DNA of 64,000 bases, taken from NCBI RefSeq assembly GCF_037042905.1, contig NC_087250.1, positions 11,410,001 through 11,474,000 on the forward strand, written 5' to 3'. This DNA is from Lytechinus pictus (lineage: Eukaryota). Under the pieces are notes generated by a model. It did no database searches. It was not told the origin of the DNA and saw only the letters and a list, made by a program, of their open reading frames with translations. Positions 12,644 through 24,468 of this stretch are shown here, in pieces. How positions within the stretch are numbered: position 1 is the first letter of the stretch; the number at the start of each line of letters is the position of its first letter. The translations under genes were made by a program, and so were the position numbers.

Positions 12644-13628
12644 CACCATATCCATTCCAAGTATCATTATCCTCAATGAATAATATCTTTAGCCTTGTTA
12701 ATAAAATCATAATAACACAGATTAGTCCGACAATAGATACAAAATGCAAAAAAAGAGATCTACAGGGAAAAAAACGGTGCCCTGCAGAAAACCTTGTCTT
12801 TAGACAAATTGCTTCAACAATATAATGCATCATTATAGGAATTTCTTTGGAAAAAAATATATTCCTAATGTCTAAGCTTTTTGCATCATTTCGAATCCTG
12901 ATAATATTAGTACAGAAAAGTTTTTAAATATCCCAAGGGAATAATATTTGAGTATTTGTGTCAATGATATTATCCATTCCAATATTTGGAACCAATTCAC
13001 TTAGAATTTGATAGAAATTGATGCAGCAGAGGAATAAACAGACCCTACCTTATTACAAGTTTACAAATTCATCTTTTCTTCAAAGCAACAAGGGCATTAG
13101 CACAGCACACCAATAATTAGAAATGCCCTGGATATGTCCATACAGACAAAATTATGTTACCTATATCTCTAGATATGGGAGATCATGAGATCTTATCCAT
13201 TTTTTCCAAGAAATAAAATGGATATCGAATACCGCCCTGGTACAGCAAAGGTTAAAAAAGTATGATAAAAAATAACCATAATAAGATGGGTGTTTCATAA
13301 TGCTATTCGTAAGTTGCGAAAGACTTTAAGCTAAACTGGTGACCCTTTCTTGAGCTATGTGATATATTCTTACGTAGTTGACTTTCTACCTAAGAACATG
13401 TTCCAGTCTTATGTCATGCATTACTTTAACTTAAGAACATCTTTATAAAACACCCACCAAGGCCCTGAACCAAAAAAATCAGTGATTAATTGCTAAATGA
13501 AGCGGCCTATCAAGATCATCCTTGGATGCACATTTTGCTCAGTTGAATGACTAGGAACCAATCAGAATTGTTATTATTAACCGCTAACTTTTGTGTTTCC
13601 GGCCCAGGTCTATTGAAGAAGTACTTAC

Positions 13629-13792
13629 CAAGGACTAAGACCCACTACTGGGTGGACTATGTACACACTCGGAAGAGCAGTAAGGTCAAGGTTCTCTGTG
13701 GATGAATTGTAGTTCACTGCAAGAAAAGTTCATCCCTAATATATCAGTCTCTAGATTGATGCATCTTACAAAATCTACTGCTCAAGAGATTT
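13629..13792 (-). other. Probable 5'UTR exon of the zinc-finger gene
   Basis: Minus strand has a polypyrimidine tract + TGCAG acceptor at 13793-13795 and a TTG|GTAAGT donor at 13628. The exon holds only short ATG-stop uORFs. Confidence 0.6.
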
Positions 13793-13896
13793 CTGCAAAA
13801 AAGGTAAAGAAGAAATGAAAATTGATTTGTCAAGTTGATCAGCTTTGAGATGTATTATGATGGGAAGAGGACGGGATACAAAGCTATGCAAATGAT

Positions 13897-14902
13897 AACA
13901 AGTGGAACGCCTCTGGCAGTCTCGCCTGCATTACGCGATTTTAATATTGCAGCAGTGCTAACTTTGAAAACTACTATAAAATAATCATTCACAAAAACAC
14001 CATTCATATAATGACATAATATCACGTTCATTGACCATAAATGACATTTGAACGGTGACTTAACTACACCCATGTCCACATTTCATTCACTCTATCTATA
14101 AACTTTCAAAGTTATGATGGCAATTCAACAATTACCCCAACATGGCCTCAGTTTATTGACCTTAACTGACCTTTGACCTTAGTTTTGTGACCTGAAACTC
14201 ACAGGGGATGTTCAGTGATACTTGATTACTCTTATATCTCAAGTTTTATGAACTAGATCCATAAACTTTCAGAGTTAGGATGGTAATTTAACAAATACCC
14301 CCAACACGGCCAAAGTTCAATGACCTTAAATGACCATTGACCATGGTCATTTGACCTGAAACTCGCACAGGATATTCAGTGGGACTTAATTAACCTAATG
14401 TCCAAGTTTCATGAACTAGATCTATGAATTTTCAAAGTTATGATGGTAATTCAACAAATACCCCCAACTTGGCCAAAGTTCATTGACCCTAAATGACCTT
14501 TGACCTTGGTCATGTGACCTGAAACGCAGGCAGGATGTTCACTAATACTTGATTAACCTTATGTCCAAGTTTCATGAACTAGGTCCATATACTTTTTAAG
14601 TTATGATGTCATTTCTAAAACTTAACCTTTGGTTAAGATTTTGAAAATAATTCTCCCAACATGGTCAAAGTTCATTGACCCTAAATGACCTTTGACTTTG
14701 GTCATGTGACCTGAAACTCAGGCAGGATGTTCACTAATACTTGATTAACCTTATGTCCAAGTTTCATGAACTAGGTCCATATACTTTTTAAGTTATGATG
14801 TCATTTCTAAAACTTAACCTTTGGTTAAGATTTGATGTTGACGCCGCCGCCGTCAGAAAAGCGGCGCCTATAGTCTCGCTCTGCTATGCAGGCGAGACAA
14901 AA
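13897..14902 (-). mobile_element. HINE/DINE-1-like (Helentron-associated) element with about 163-bp internal tandem repeats
   Basis: subTIR GTCTCGCCTGCA at both ends, adjacent short IR, (GCC)n microsatellite, 4 tandem units, T-rich insertion site. Confidence 0.75.
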
Positions 14903-15599
14903 CTATGACAGTTTGAATATTAGAACTTGTCTTACCGCCCTTTCACCTAATAAAAAATCGCAATTCATGGTTAGAAAGTGGTAACACTGACGTGATTTAC
15001 TGGTGCGTTCATACATGTACGCTTAAGCTGTATAACATTGTATAAACATGACGACCACCGATCAAAGAAAAAACCTGACCATTTGTGTTTTTCATCAAAA
15101 TTCTCTATTTTCCAGCATATATTTTGGAAAGGTGATAAGCTGATTATATTAAGCATTATTTGTTTTGAATTCTTGCACCCTTTTTCGCTCAACAAAAGGG
15201 GGAATTAAGCAGTTATCAAAGAGAGTGCGCTAGCGCACCCTTTTTCTCCATAGATGCTGTAGTTAAGCGTCATGCGAACCTCCACCATCACAAGCCCTAT
15301 GGCAGTCATCCGTCTGTGTTGGAGGAGGACAACAGAAATAAGAAAACTTTTTAAAACTCCTCCGAAACAGCTATATCAATCTAATCATAACCTTATTCAT
15401 TGAATGAATGGTCTAAAGAAGGTCTAGATCTACATAGATCTACAAAGATTCCTGGTAAATTCATGATTGTTTTACTACACATGTACATCTACCACCCTCC
15501 TAAAACCCACACCTTAATGAATCGATAATTCCTATGGATTGACCCTGATGATGGTAGTGTAGCGGTAGTGAAGTGTATCAGTCCAGCGTACACGAGCCA

Positions 15600-16285
15600 T
15601 CACCCGAGGTATGATTTCTAAAACATCAAAGATATTTTCAAATCGCCAATTCAATCCAATAACGTTAAAATGTATCTCAACAGTAAGAAAATTTAACATA
15701 CATCTTATACAAAATTTCTTGGCATCCAACTTGACAATAAACTCTCCTGGTCCAATCATTTTAATTATTTATGTTAGGTTATTTGAAGAAATATACATGC
15801 AATAAAAAAATTTAATTTCCTTCCACAAAACATAGTACTCAAACTTTATTATCCAATGGTTTATCAATATTTAACCTATTTTATTGCAATGTTGTATAGG
15901 CCACTGCAGCTAATAATAACCTAAAGATAAGATTATTTAAATTACAGAAACAGCCATGAGAATAATATGTAAAACTTCATTTTAATGCCCACACTAGTGT
16001 CCTTTTTAAAAGATTAAAACTTCTGAGTGTATTTGACCTAAATTTTCCCTTGGATCATAAATGTACTCAAGTCACAAAAAGAAAAAAGATAATTCCTGAA
16101 TCAATAAGCAGATATTTTTTGTCTCAATACTACTTCCCATTCCCACCAAACCCGTAGTCAACTCAATTTTCACATATGCCCTCCGTCCGTACTACTTCTA
16201 TTAAAATCACTACAATGTGTTCCGGTTCCAAATTATGGAACTCTCTTCCCCCTACACTTAAAAACAGTTCATCCCTTACGGTAAT
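15600..16285 (+). mobile_element. Decayed CR1/L2-type LINE ORF2 3' fragment
   Basis: Remnant peptide ...GSKLWNSLPPTLKNSSSL resembles the C-terminal WN.LP motif of CR1/L2 ORF2. Confidence 0.55.
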
Positions 16286-17327
16286 AGTTTTCAACTTTAG
16301 TACTAAGGAATTTGGTTAACCACGTTCCCACTCAATAACAACTAAGTAACTGCAACGTGTGTTACGGTCTTAAACTGTAAAATCCTGCTATAGTGTAACT
16401 CGCTCCCTAGCTTATTGAAAATGTGTCCAGTGTGTGCGCGCACTGCCTCTGTGTTGTTTGGTACCATCGCCTATGACTTGCTCTAAATGAAAAATATGCT
16501 GCAGTTTTTACCAGGTTATTATATGTATTAAATCTCTTTTATTTTGTGATGAGAAAGATGTGTTTTTTTAGAACGGACAACAACCCCCCACCCCAAAAGA
16601 AAAACTTAAGTAGTTGGAAAAGGAAACATACAGAGTGTTTGTGCGTGAATATTTTGTACTGAAGTGATTTTTTCGCATAAACTCCCCATTCACTGTGCAC
16701 TCGTACATTATATTTGCAATAGAACACTTTTACACGAACTTACCCGGCGAGTTACACTATAAGCATGATTCGCTTATAAGATCCTAACAAACGTGACTAA
16801 TAATGTCTATATTTGTCTTCTCCTACACTTCTTCTCACTAATTTCAATTTTCTGTGACTCTCCACACATGCTAGTCCTTTACCTTTTAGTTTTATCTATC
16901 ATTTTTTCTAGAAAGGCAAAACTTCATTTCCACTTTGTTAATGCTTGTTTTTTCCAATGTTTTGTTTTTGTCTTTGTATGTTCTATTTTGCAGCCCTTCT
17001 CTTTCTTCCTTTACTGGGCTGGAACTTCTAAGATCCAACAGGTCTTTAGTGCCAGTTCACATTCAAAGCCCGTTTTGTGCATTATTTTACTCATTATCAT
17101 TTCCATTAACTTTGTATTGTTCTTTCTTGCCATTATGTAATTTCTTATTTACCTGTATAGGCCTACATGTATTTTTATCAAGTGAAAATAGATGAATTGA
17201 AAAAAAAAAGGTCCTCCAAGTCCACGCAGTCCCCCTTGTCTGCGCACACGCGTATCTGCGCCATTCTAGACAAAGATGCACAATGCACACAAATTTCACA
17301 CTGCAATACATAGAAAGATATTAAATA

Positions 17328-18309
17328 AACAAGTGGAATGCCTCTGGCCGTCTCACCTGCATCACGCAATTCAATATAGCAGCAGTGCTGATTTTGAAAA
17401 CTACTATAACTCGCACAAGATGTTCAGTGATACTTGGTTACTCTTATTTCCACATTTTATGAACTAGACCAATACACTTATAGAGATATGATGGCAATTC
17501 AACAAATACCCCCAACGTGGCCAAAGTTCTTTGACCTTACATGACCTTTGACCTTGATCATGTGACCTAAAACTCGCACAGGATGTTCAGTGATACTTGA
17601 TTACTCTTATGTCCAAGTTTTATGAACTAGACCAACACACTTTCAAATTTATGGCTGTAATTCAACAAATACCCCAATTTGGCCAAAGTTCATTGACCCT
17701 AAATGACCTTTGACCTTGATCATGTGACCTGAAACTTGCACAGGATGTTCAGTAATACTTGATTACTATTATGTCCAAGTTTCATGAATCAGATCCATAA
17801 ACTTTCAAAGTTATGATGGTAATTCAACAGATACCCCCAATTCGGCCAAAGTTCATTGACCCTAAATGACCTTTGACCTTGGTCATGTGACGTGAAACTC
17901 ATGCAGGATGTTCAGTGATACTTGATTAACCTTATGTATAAGTTTCATGAACTAGGTCCATATATTTTCTAAGTTATGATGACATTTCAAAAACTTAACC
18001 TTGGGTTAAGATTTTGATGTTGATTCCCCCAACATGGTCTAAGTTCATTGACCCTAAATGACCTTTGACCTTGGTCATGTGACATGAAACTCAGGCAGGA
18101 TGTTCAGTAATACTTGATTAACCTTATGGCCAAGTTTCATGAACTAGGTCCATATACTTTCTAAGTTATGCTGTCATTTCAAAAATTTAACCTCAGGTTA
18201 AGATTTGGTGTTGACGCCGCCGCCGCCGCCGCCGTCGCCGTCGCCGTCGCCGCCGCCGTCGGAAAAGCGGCGCCTATAGTCTCACTCTGCTATGCAGGTG
18301 AGACAAAAA
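17328..18309 (-). mobile_element. Second HINE/DINE-1-like element, same orientation
   Basis: Colinear with 13897-14902; longer (GCC/GTC)n tract at 18215-18260. Confidence 0.75.
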
Positions 18310-18743
18310 TCTGACTTGCAACACAATGGTGAAATTGAAAAAAAAAACAATGAATTTCAGGCAATTCATATTCATGTGACGCCGGCCTCGAAACGCAGCC
18401 TCTCATCAAATCCCAGAATCGCGTGTAGAGTGCGTGCATGGGTGCACAGACATGAGGCACCATTGTTTTTCAAAACATGACTGGCCAAGTTTTTCAGAGA
18501 AAGTCTTAGGTCAGGGCACTCCTAGTACCAATGAGGTCCAAACATTAACATGTATGGACCTCATAGGCGACAATGCGTTAAAAACAGGTTAGAAGTCCTG
18601 CACCCAAGTATTTTTATGATATTAGTGATTATTACTCGAAAAATGCAAGCTTTGTCCTCATTTGTTTAGCATTTATTAAAAAATTACCCATTAACTATAA
18701 TCCTACTCATACTTTAAATGTTATAAAATAAAGGGAAACTTAC

Positions 18744-18870
18744 AATTGAGTCCTTTTTCGATCTTTTCTTGGCAGTCAGTCCGGTCCCGTCGAGTGCGAT
18801 CAAAGCGGTACGAAGCTGATTTTCAGATCACGTGATACGAGTAGTCATCACCTGATCGATCGACTATCCT
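18744..18870 (-). promoter_or_regulatory. Probable first exon and promoter of the zinc-finger gene
   Basis: CpG-rich patch, GTAAGT donor on the minus strand at 18743, and a TCACGTGA E-box near 18828. The next acceptor (TTTTCTGCAG) after the 13629 exon is at 11808. Confidence 0.5.
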
Positions 18871-19842
18871 TTTTTAAAGACCGCAACAATTATAAATTTT
18901 ATTATAAAATATATATAGAATAAATAATTGCATGATTTTATATATATTTCTACAATTAAAAATATTTTGTGATATGAATTTAATATTTGACGTAAAAATC
19001 GCTATTTAGCAAAATATTTATTAAAAAATAAAAAATAAAACAAAATAAAAACGCCTTGGACACAGTGCAAAAAACCTAACAATTTGGCCGCGTTCTTAAC
19101 AACTATCGTAAGGGGCGCTCTATTTATAAATAAAAAAGAATGTACAGCTGTCTACCGCGACGTGGTTTGTCGCAAGATTTGGGACAAATCCGTGGGAATT
19201 CTTGAGAAAATACATCAAAAGAACTGGTGAGTACCGATTAAACATTATCAAAGTAGTAAATAGGTTATACATAACTTGTAGATATATATTTTAAATTGAT
19301 ATTGATGCTTAGTTCCAAGCTAGGGCGGCCCAAATGTGCGTGAGTGGAGTCCCAGTTTATTAACACGGGTAAGTATTGGGGTGTCGCCTAGAGTGGGTCA
19401 GGGTCTAATAAATGTAATGCTACTAAGAAATCTATTAAGTATTTTTCTCTCAAAAATTAGAATTTCTGCCCTTACTCATGACATAAGATTAAAGAGAAAT
19501 GCCAGTAGTTGCAGTAGACACTGATTTCATGAGAAAGTCTGTAAGCCAGGCTTAATTGTCAGTATATCATCGAGGATCTAGATCTGGTACAGTTACATAA
19601 ACTGAACTTTGTGAAATCTTGAAATCTACGCTGAAAAATGTTCACACTGAAGATCACCAACACAGATAAGCGCACGTGGGACAGTGTATTATTATTGCTG
19701 GAATAAAGACCCGACGGAAGTGACCGAATCCGCGCTTATTTTGCTTATTTCTCAGCAATTACACAATTTCTTCCAGAATCTTTGGGCACATATTTTTTAT
19801 TCATACAATTACAAACAGACACTTTGGTGATCATTATATTAA

Positions 19843-20956
19843 GGACGTTCCACAGTTATGTTTGTGCGCATTATGATCTGCGCATATTTAACACTCCGCG
19901 CGCTGACGTCACAATGGATGAACAGGTGATTAATTAGATGTGGGTATGAGCTGATTTTTCTCATCATCTGCTTCCTAACTGCAGATCCGATGCATTATTT
20001 TATGAAGCTAAAAAAATGGAATTATTCCATGGACCATTTAAAAAAATTTCTCTACAATTTCAAAATACTTTACTCTGCAGTACTGCCAAGAATCACGAAT
20101 ATGACTTCTTCTTCTTCTTCTTAATTTGGTTTGAGTGGCGATTAGTCATATTTGACTATTGTCGCCATTGACTCTATTAATAAAAAATCTCACTTCTCAC
20201 ATAATGATATTATTACCAATATGATGTATACATATATGAAATATTATTCTTGTGTATCCTTCTAATATGAAAAAGGATAAATGACCCCGAGTTTGAATAA
20301 ATGGTAGAGTGGTTTTGATTTTTCTTCACATAGATACAAAGCATTTGGCGCATTTTTGGTGTTTTAAAAAGCACGTTTGCTCTAATAAAAATGCTGATAG
20401 TTTGAAAACAAGCACATGAACCCCTATTTTTTAATGTTTGTACCTCTTAAGTATAGCTTCCTCTACAACTTTGCAAATTTTGGTGAAAATGACATGGATT
20501 TTGAATAAAGTGCAGCATTTATTGTACTTTTGTAGTCTGTTATTGAAATTTCACATTTTTTAGATTGGGTTTTTGTCATCTTTTACGCCATTTTTAAGAA
20601 CTGACTGTGCTGTTAGACTTAAAGTTGCAAACACATAGCACAATAATTAGATTCTCTATTCTAACGATACAATTATTAATTCTCTTGCAAAATTTGAAGT
20701 TTTTTTCATGTATTTTGACTGAGTAATAGAGGTTTAAACTCATTGTAGTATTCTTGCGAGGTCTAAAAATGCAAAATCTTTTGAATGCGCAATTCTTAAA
20801 AACATCAATTTGGGTGAACTTTGAAGCTCTATAGCAAAAAATCAAGCACATGGACCTATGTAAATTTTTGCATATTTCAAATATTAAGGTTTAAAAGTAT
20901 CTATGTGCAAAGTTTGGTGAAAATGACATGGATTTCACTTTAACTGTGGAACGTCC
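19843..20956. mobile_element. 1.1-kb non-autonomous DNA transposon, perfect 16-bp TIR GGACGTTCCACAGTTA, TTAA TSD, nested in the 19493-21005 MITE
   Basis: TIR and TSD read directly; host sequence resumes after 20960. Confidence 0.9.
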
Positions 20957-22190
20957 TTAAATTCATTTTGTCTTTTTTGAGATCGTTCCCACAACTGGAA
21001 TTTATCTAAATCTTGGATTCTAGGGAACATTATCAACTTGAAGATTTTCTGAAATAAAATAAACCCATGTTGTTAAATCTTAACTTAAAAGGTTAGGTGC
21101 ACAGACATGGGACCCCTTTCATAAATGAAGCAAATGTCAATTGTCATGATGGGGAACAATGTGTGGTTCCCATATATAGATTTTCGTGTTGGTACTTCAA
21201 ACTACGAATCATCAATTTGTACGGTAGATTATCAGAATACCGTTCGCATATTTCTTTTTTCAATATTGGAAGTCTTGCCTACAGCTCGACTCACCTTTAG
21301 AATACAACCATCCGATTAGAACCTTCTTCATTTCTTTCCTTTCCGTGGTGTTAACTGTTATGTCGAGGCCAGCAGGCGATTAGCGATTTGTAAATTAACT
21401 TTTGCGTGACACCAGTACCGTACTACGTATACACGTACACCACGGCTAGCGTTTTCGTCTATGGTACGCATGCGTGGCAGCTGCTTGCTGGGGTTGTGAA
21501 GGGGGGGGGGGGTGGTGATCGGAGAGAGAGGCCTGGAGGGGGTTACAATGAAGCTTCTATCTCACCTTTCCCAGAATCTTCAAGGATATGGATCAATCAT
21601 AGAGGTGGATAATTAAAGCTTATTTTATTTACCTCTTTGATTTCCGGGGAGGGGTCAGCATTTATTGAAAACAAATTAAGTTGTCAAAATATTAAAATTG
21701 CATTGATTGGCACCGCCCTGGCCAAGCTAGTGTATTTGGCTGAAAAATTCTTCCTAGTTCTAAATTTGGAATGCCATTCTCAAGGCTATCTGGATTTTGT
21801 TTTAATAGACTTGCGCATGTATCTTCTCAAACCATATTACGTACGTGACTTCTTTCGACCTCGTGCGAATCTCAGAACTGAGAATTTCAGATTTTTGTGT
21901 ACAAACAAATATAGGCCAAGATGAATTCAGATTTTTCATGATATAATTCAGTAATGAAAGTCAAAAATTTATTGTTTTTTTTTCTTCGTAAAAGGCTTGG
22001 AAACAAACATTGAAACTATGATTAAAAAAAAACTAGGTAATATATACAAATATATGATTATTATTTTAATGTATTCTATAATTGTTTCACACATTTCTTA
22101 TGTATTTTTCTTTTTGCTTACTCAAATTTAATTTATTTACCCTATTTTTTTTTCAAGTTTCATGTTTTTATCCTAACCATTATTATATGT

Positions 22191-22470
22191 GGGCGCGTCG
22201 TGGTCTAGTGGTTCTGACTCTCGCCTTTCAAACAGAGGGTCGTGGGTTCGAATCCTAGCCATGGCGTGTTTTCCTTCAGCAAGAAATTTATCCACACTGT
22301 GCTGCACTCGATCGACCCAGGTGAGGTGAATGGGTACCCGGCAGGATTATTTCCTTGAATGCACTGAGCGCCAGTGCAGTGGTAGCTCGAGCTAAAGCCT
22401 GGGTAATAATAGCAGCGCTTTGTATCCTCAGGCAAAAAGCGCTCATTTATAAATCCAGCTATTATTATTT
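22191..22470 (+). mobile_element. tRNA-derived SINE with L2-like 3' tail
   Basis: A box TGGTCTAGTGG, B box GGTTCGAATCC, body CCCAGGTG...AATGGGTACC, tail GCGCTTTG...AAGCGCT...ATAAAT(TAT)n. Confidence 0.85.

Positions 22471-22474
<4 letters not shown>

Positions 22475-22536
<62 letters not shown>
22475..22536. repeat. (TA)n microsatellite
   Basis: Perfect AT dinucleotide run. Confidence 0.98.
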
Positions 22537-22539
<3 letters not shown>

Positions 22540-23682
22540 ATGGAAGACTAATACAAATGCCTAATTCTCCCATACGCTTTAAATATAAAACTGCAGCTGA
22601 GAAATCCTCCGTTTTCAACGTCAATGGTACGGTGGGGGCATAATGGCCCCTATAAGGCTTTAAAGGGTTAAAAATCAAAATGGCCCTGTTTCAATACATT
22701 TTTAAATATTTTAAGCAGTTATGGTAATGCCAAAGGATTTATCAGGCTATAATAACTAACATATAAATGGACACCAGAATGAGCTTAATAGGCTATCAAA
22801 TAAGAAATGGATGAATTTTTCATTATCAAGTCTACTGAGAGAATGACTCAGCACTTTTAGGCCACACCCTTCAAAACCGGTGTTTTTTTTTTTGGGGGGG
22901 GGGCCGCACTGTCCCATTTTTCAACAGATTTTCTTTAAATCAATCAGCAAAAGCAATCTGCTTCAAATGAGGTATGCAGAATTTGGTTTTTAGATATCAC
23001 TCATTTATAGCCCACCTCCATTATCATTATAATATCATCATAATCAACGGCGGCGAATGATAATCCTCTGCTCCACCGCCCAATATGTTATAGGCCTACG
23101 GTTGAGATATGTTTTCCAATCCCAAAATTCCACTATTAATCTCATTGTTATCTCAGGTCATCAACAAAAAATTCAGGGGGGTCGTCCCCCCACCTAAAAT
23201 TTAGGGGGGACACGTCCCCCCCCCCCCCGCTTCCGCCGCCTATGCGTGCCCCCCCCCCCCCTCGATCCGCCAGTGATTGATATAACAAATGCCCACCATT
23301 CGTAGTCCAAAATGCGCGCTGTTGATTGGTTAAAAACGAAGTTGCGCATGATTTTTAAAGATGCGTTTGATTGCATCTCTTTCTGCAACGGGCCCCTGGG
23401 ACGACCCCCCCCCCCTAAATCTCATGTCATGAGATTGATTCCGCTCTCTAATTATGATGGTGTAGGAGCAAAAAAATTATAATCCTTCAATCGTGGGTGA
23501 TAAAATTTTTTGAGGGGTCATTAGCGAGTTTTCGCAGTAGAACGGGGATGGATTCTACAATGTCGTAAATCTGTTGCAAATACATGTCAAATCACAATGA
23601 AAAAAATGACTCTATGTCGAATATTGGTAACCCGGGCAGCCGATCGTCGGGTGTTTCGGAGCTGACGGAACATTGATCAATA

Positions 23683-24468
23683 TATGAGCTCACTTGCAAA
23701 AGGGGTTAGGTCCATTTTTCATCATTTTTTTGTCTCTATGTATAGATATTTAGTAGCTCTATAAGCATGATAAGGTGATACCATAGAAAAGTTGAAATTC
23801 CCATAAAAAGTGATTTAAAATGGCAAAGTAAAACTCACTTTTTTTTTCAAAAGGGTTTAGGTCCATTTCAGTTTTGTTGCAAATATTTTTTTTAAATATG
23901 AAGACAGTTAGATTTCTTTTATACCTAACTTTATGTTTTCATGGTAGGGTATCATGAAAATTTAATTTCGCATAAGAATATCAATATGGGAGAGTAAAAA
24001 ATGATTTTCTTGGAGTGGACCTAACTCTTTTGCAAACAAATTCTTCTGAGAAGCTCATTTGTCAAAAAGGGGTTAGATCCATTGTTCATAAATTTTATTG
24101 TTTTCTGTCTCAAAACCTCTAAATTTTTGGTCGCTGTGATGAAAACAAAGAAAATTAGAAATTTACATGAAAACGTGAATAAAAGTGGCAAAAAATCACC
24201 TTTTTAAGCAAAATAGATTGGATTCATTTCAGTTTACTTGCAAAAGGGGCTAGGTCCACAATGATAATTTTTAAAAGAATATATAGGAAAAAAAATGAAG
24301 ACAGGTAGATTTCTTTTATACCCAATTTTATGTTCACATGATAGGGTAGTACATCACGACAATTTAGTTTCTCATAAGAATATTGCAGAAAGTGAAAATA
24401 AAAAACAAGGTTTTTCTCGGAATGGTCGAAAGTGGACCTAATCCCTTTGGCAACTAAACTCTTCATGT
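23683..24468. mobile_element. Two tandem units of a MITE with TTGCAAAAGGGGTTAGGTCCA terminal/subterminal motif
   Basis: Motif is direct at about 23694, 23848, 24060, 24238 and inverted at about 24016, 24433. Confidence 0.65.
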
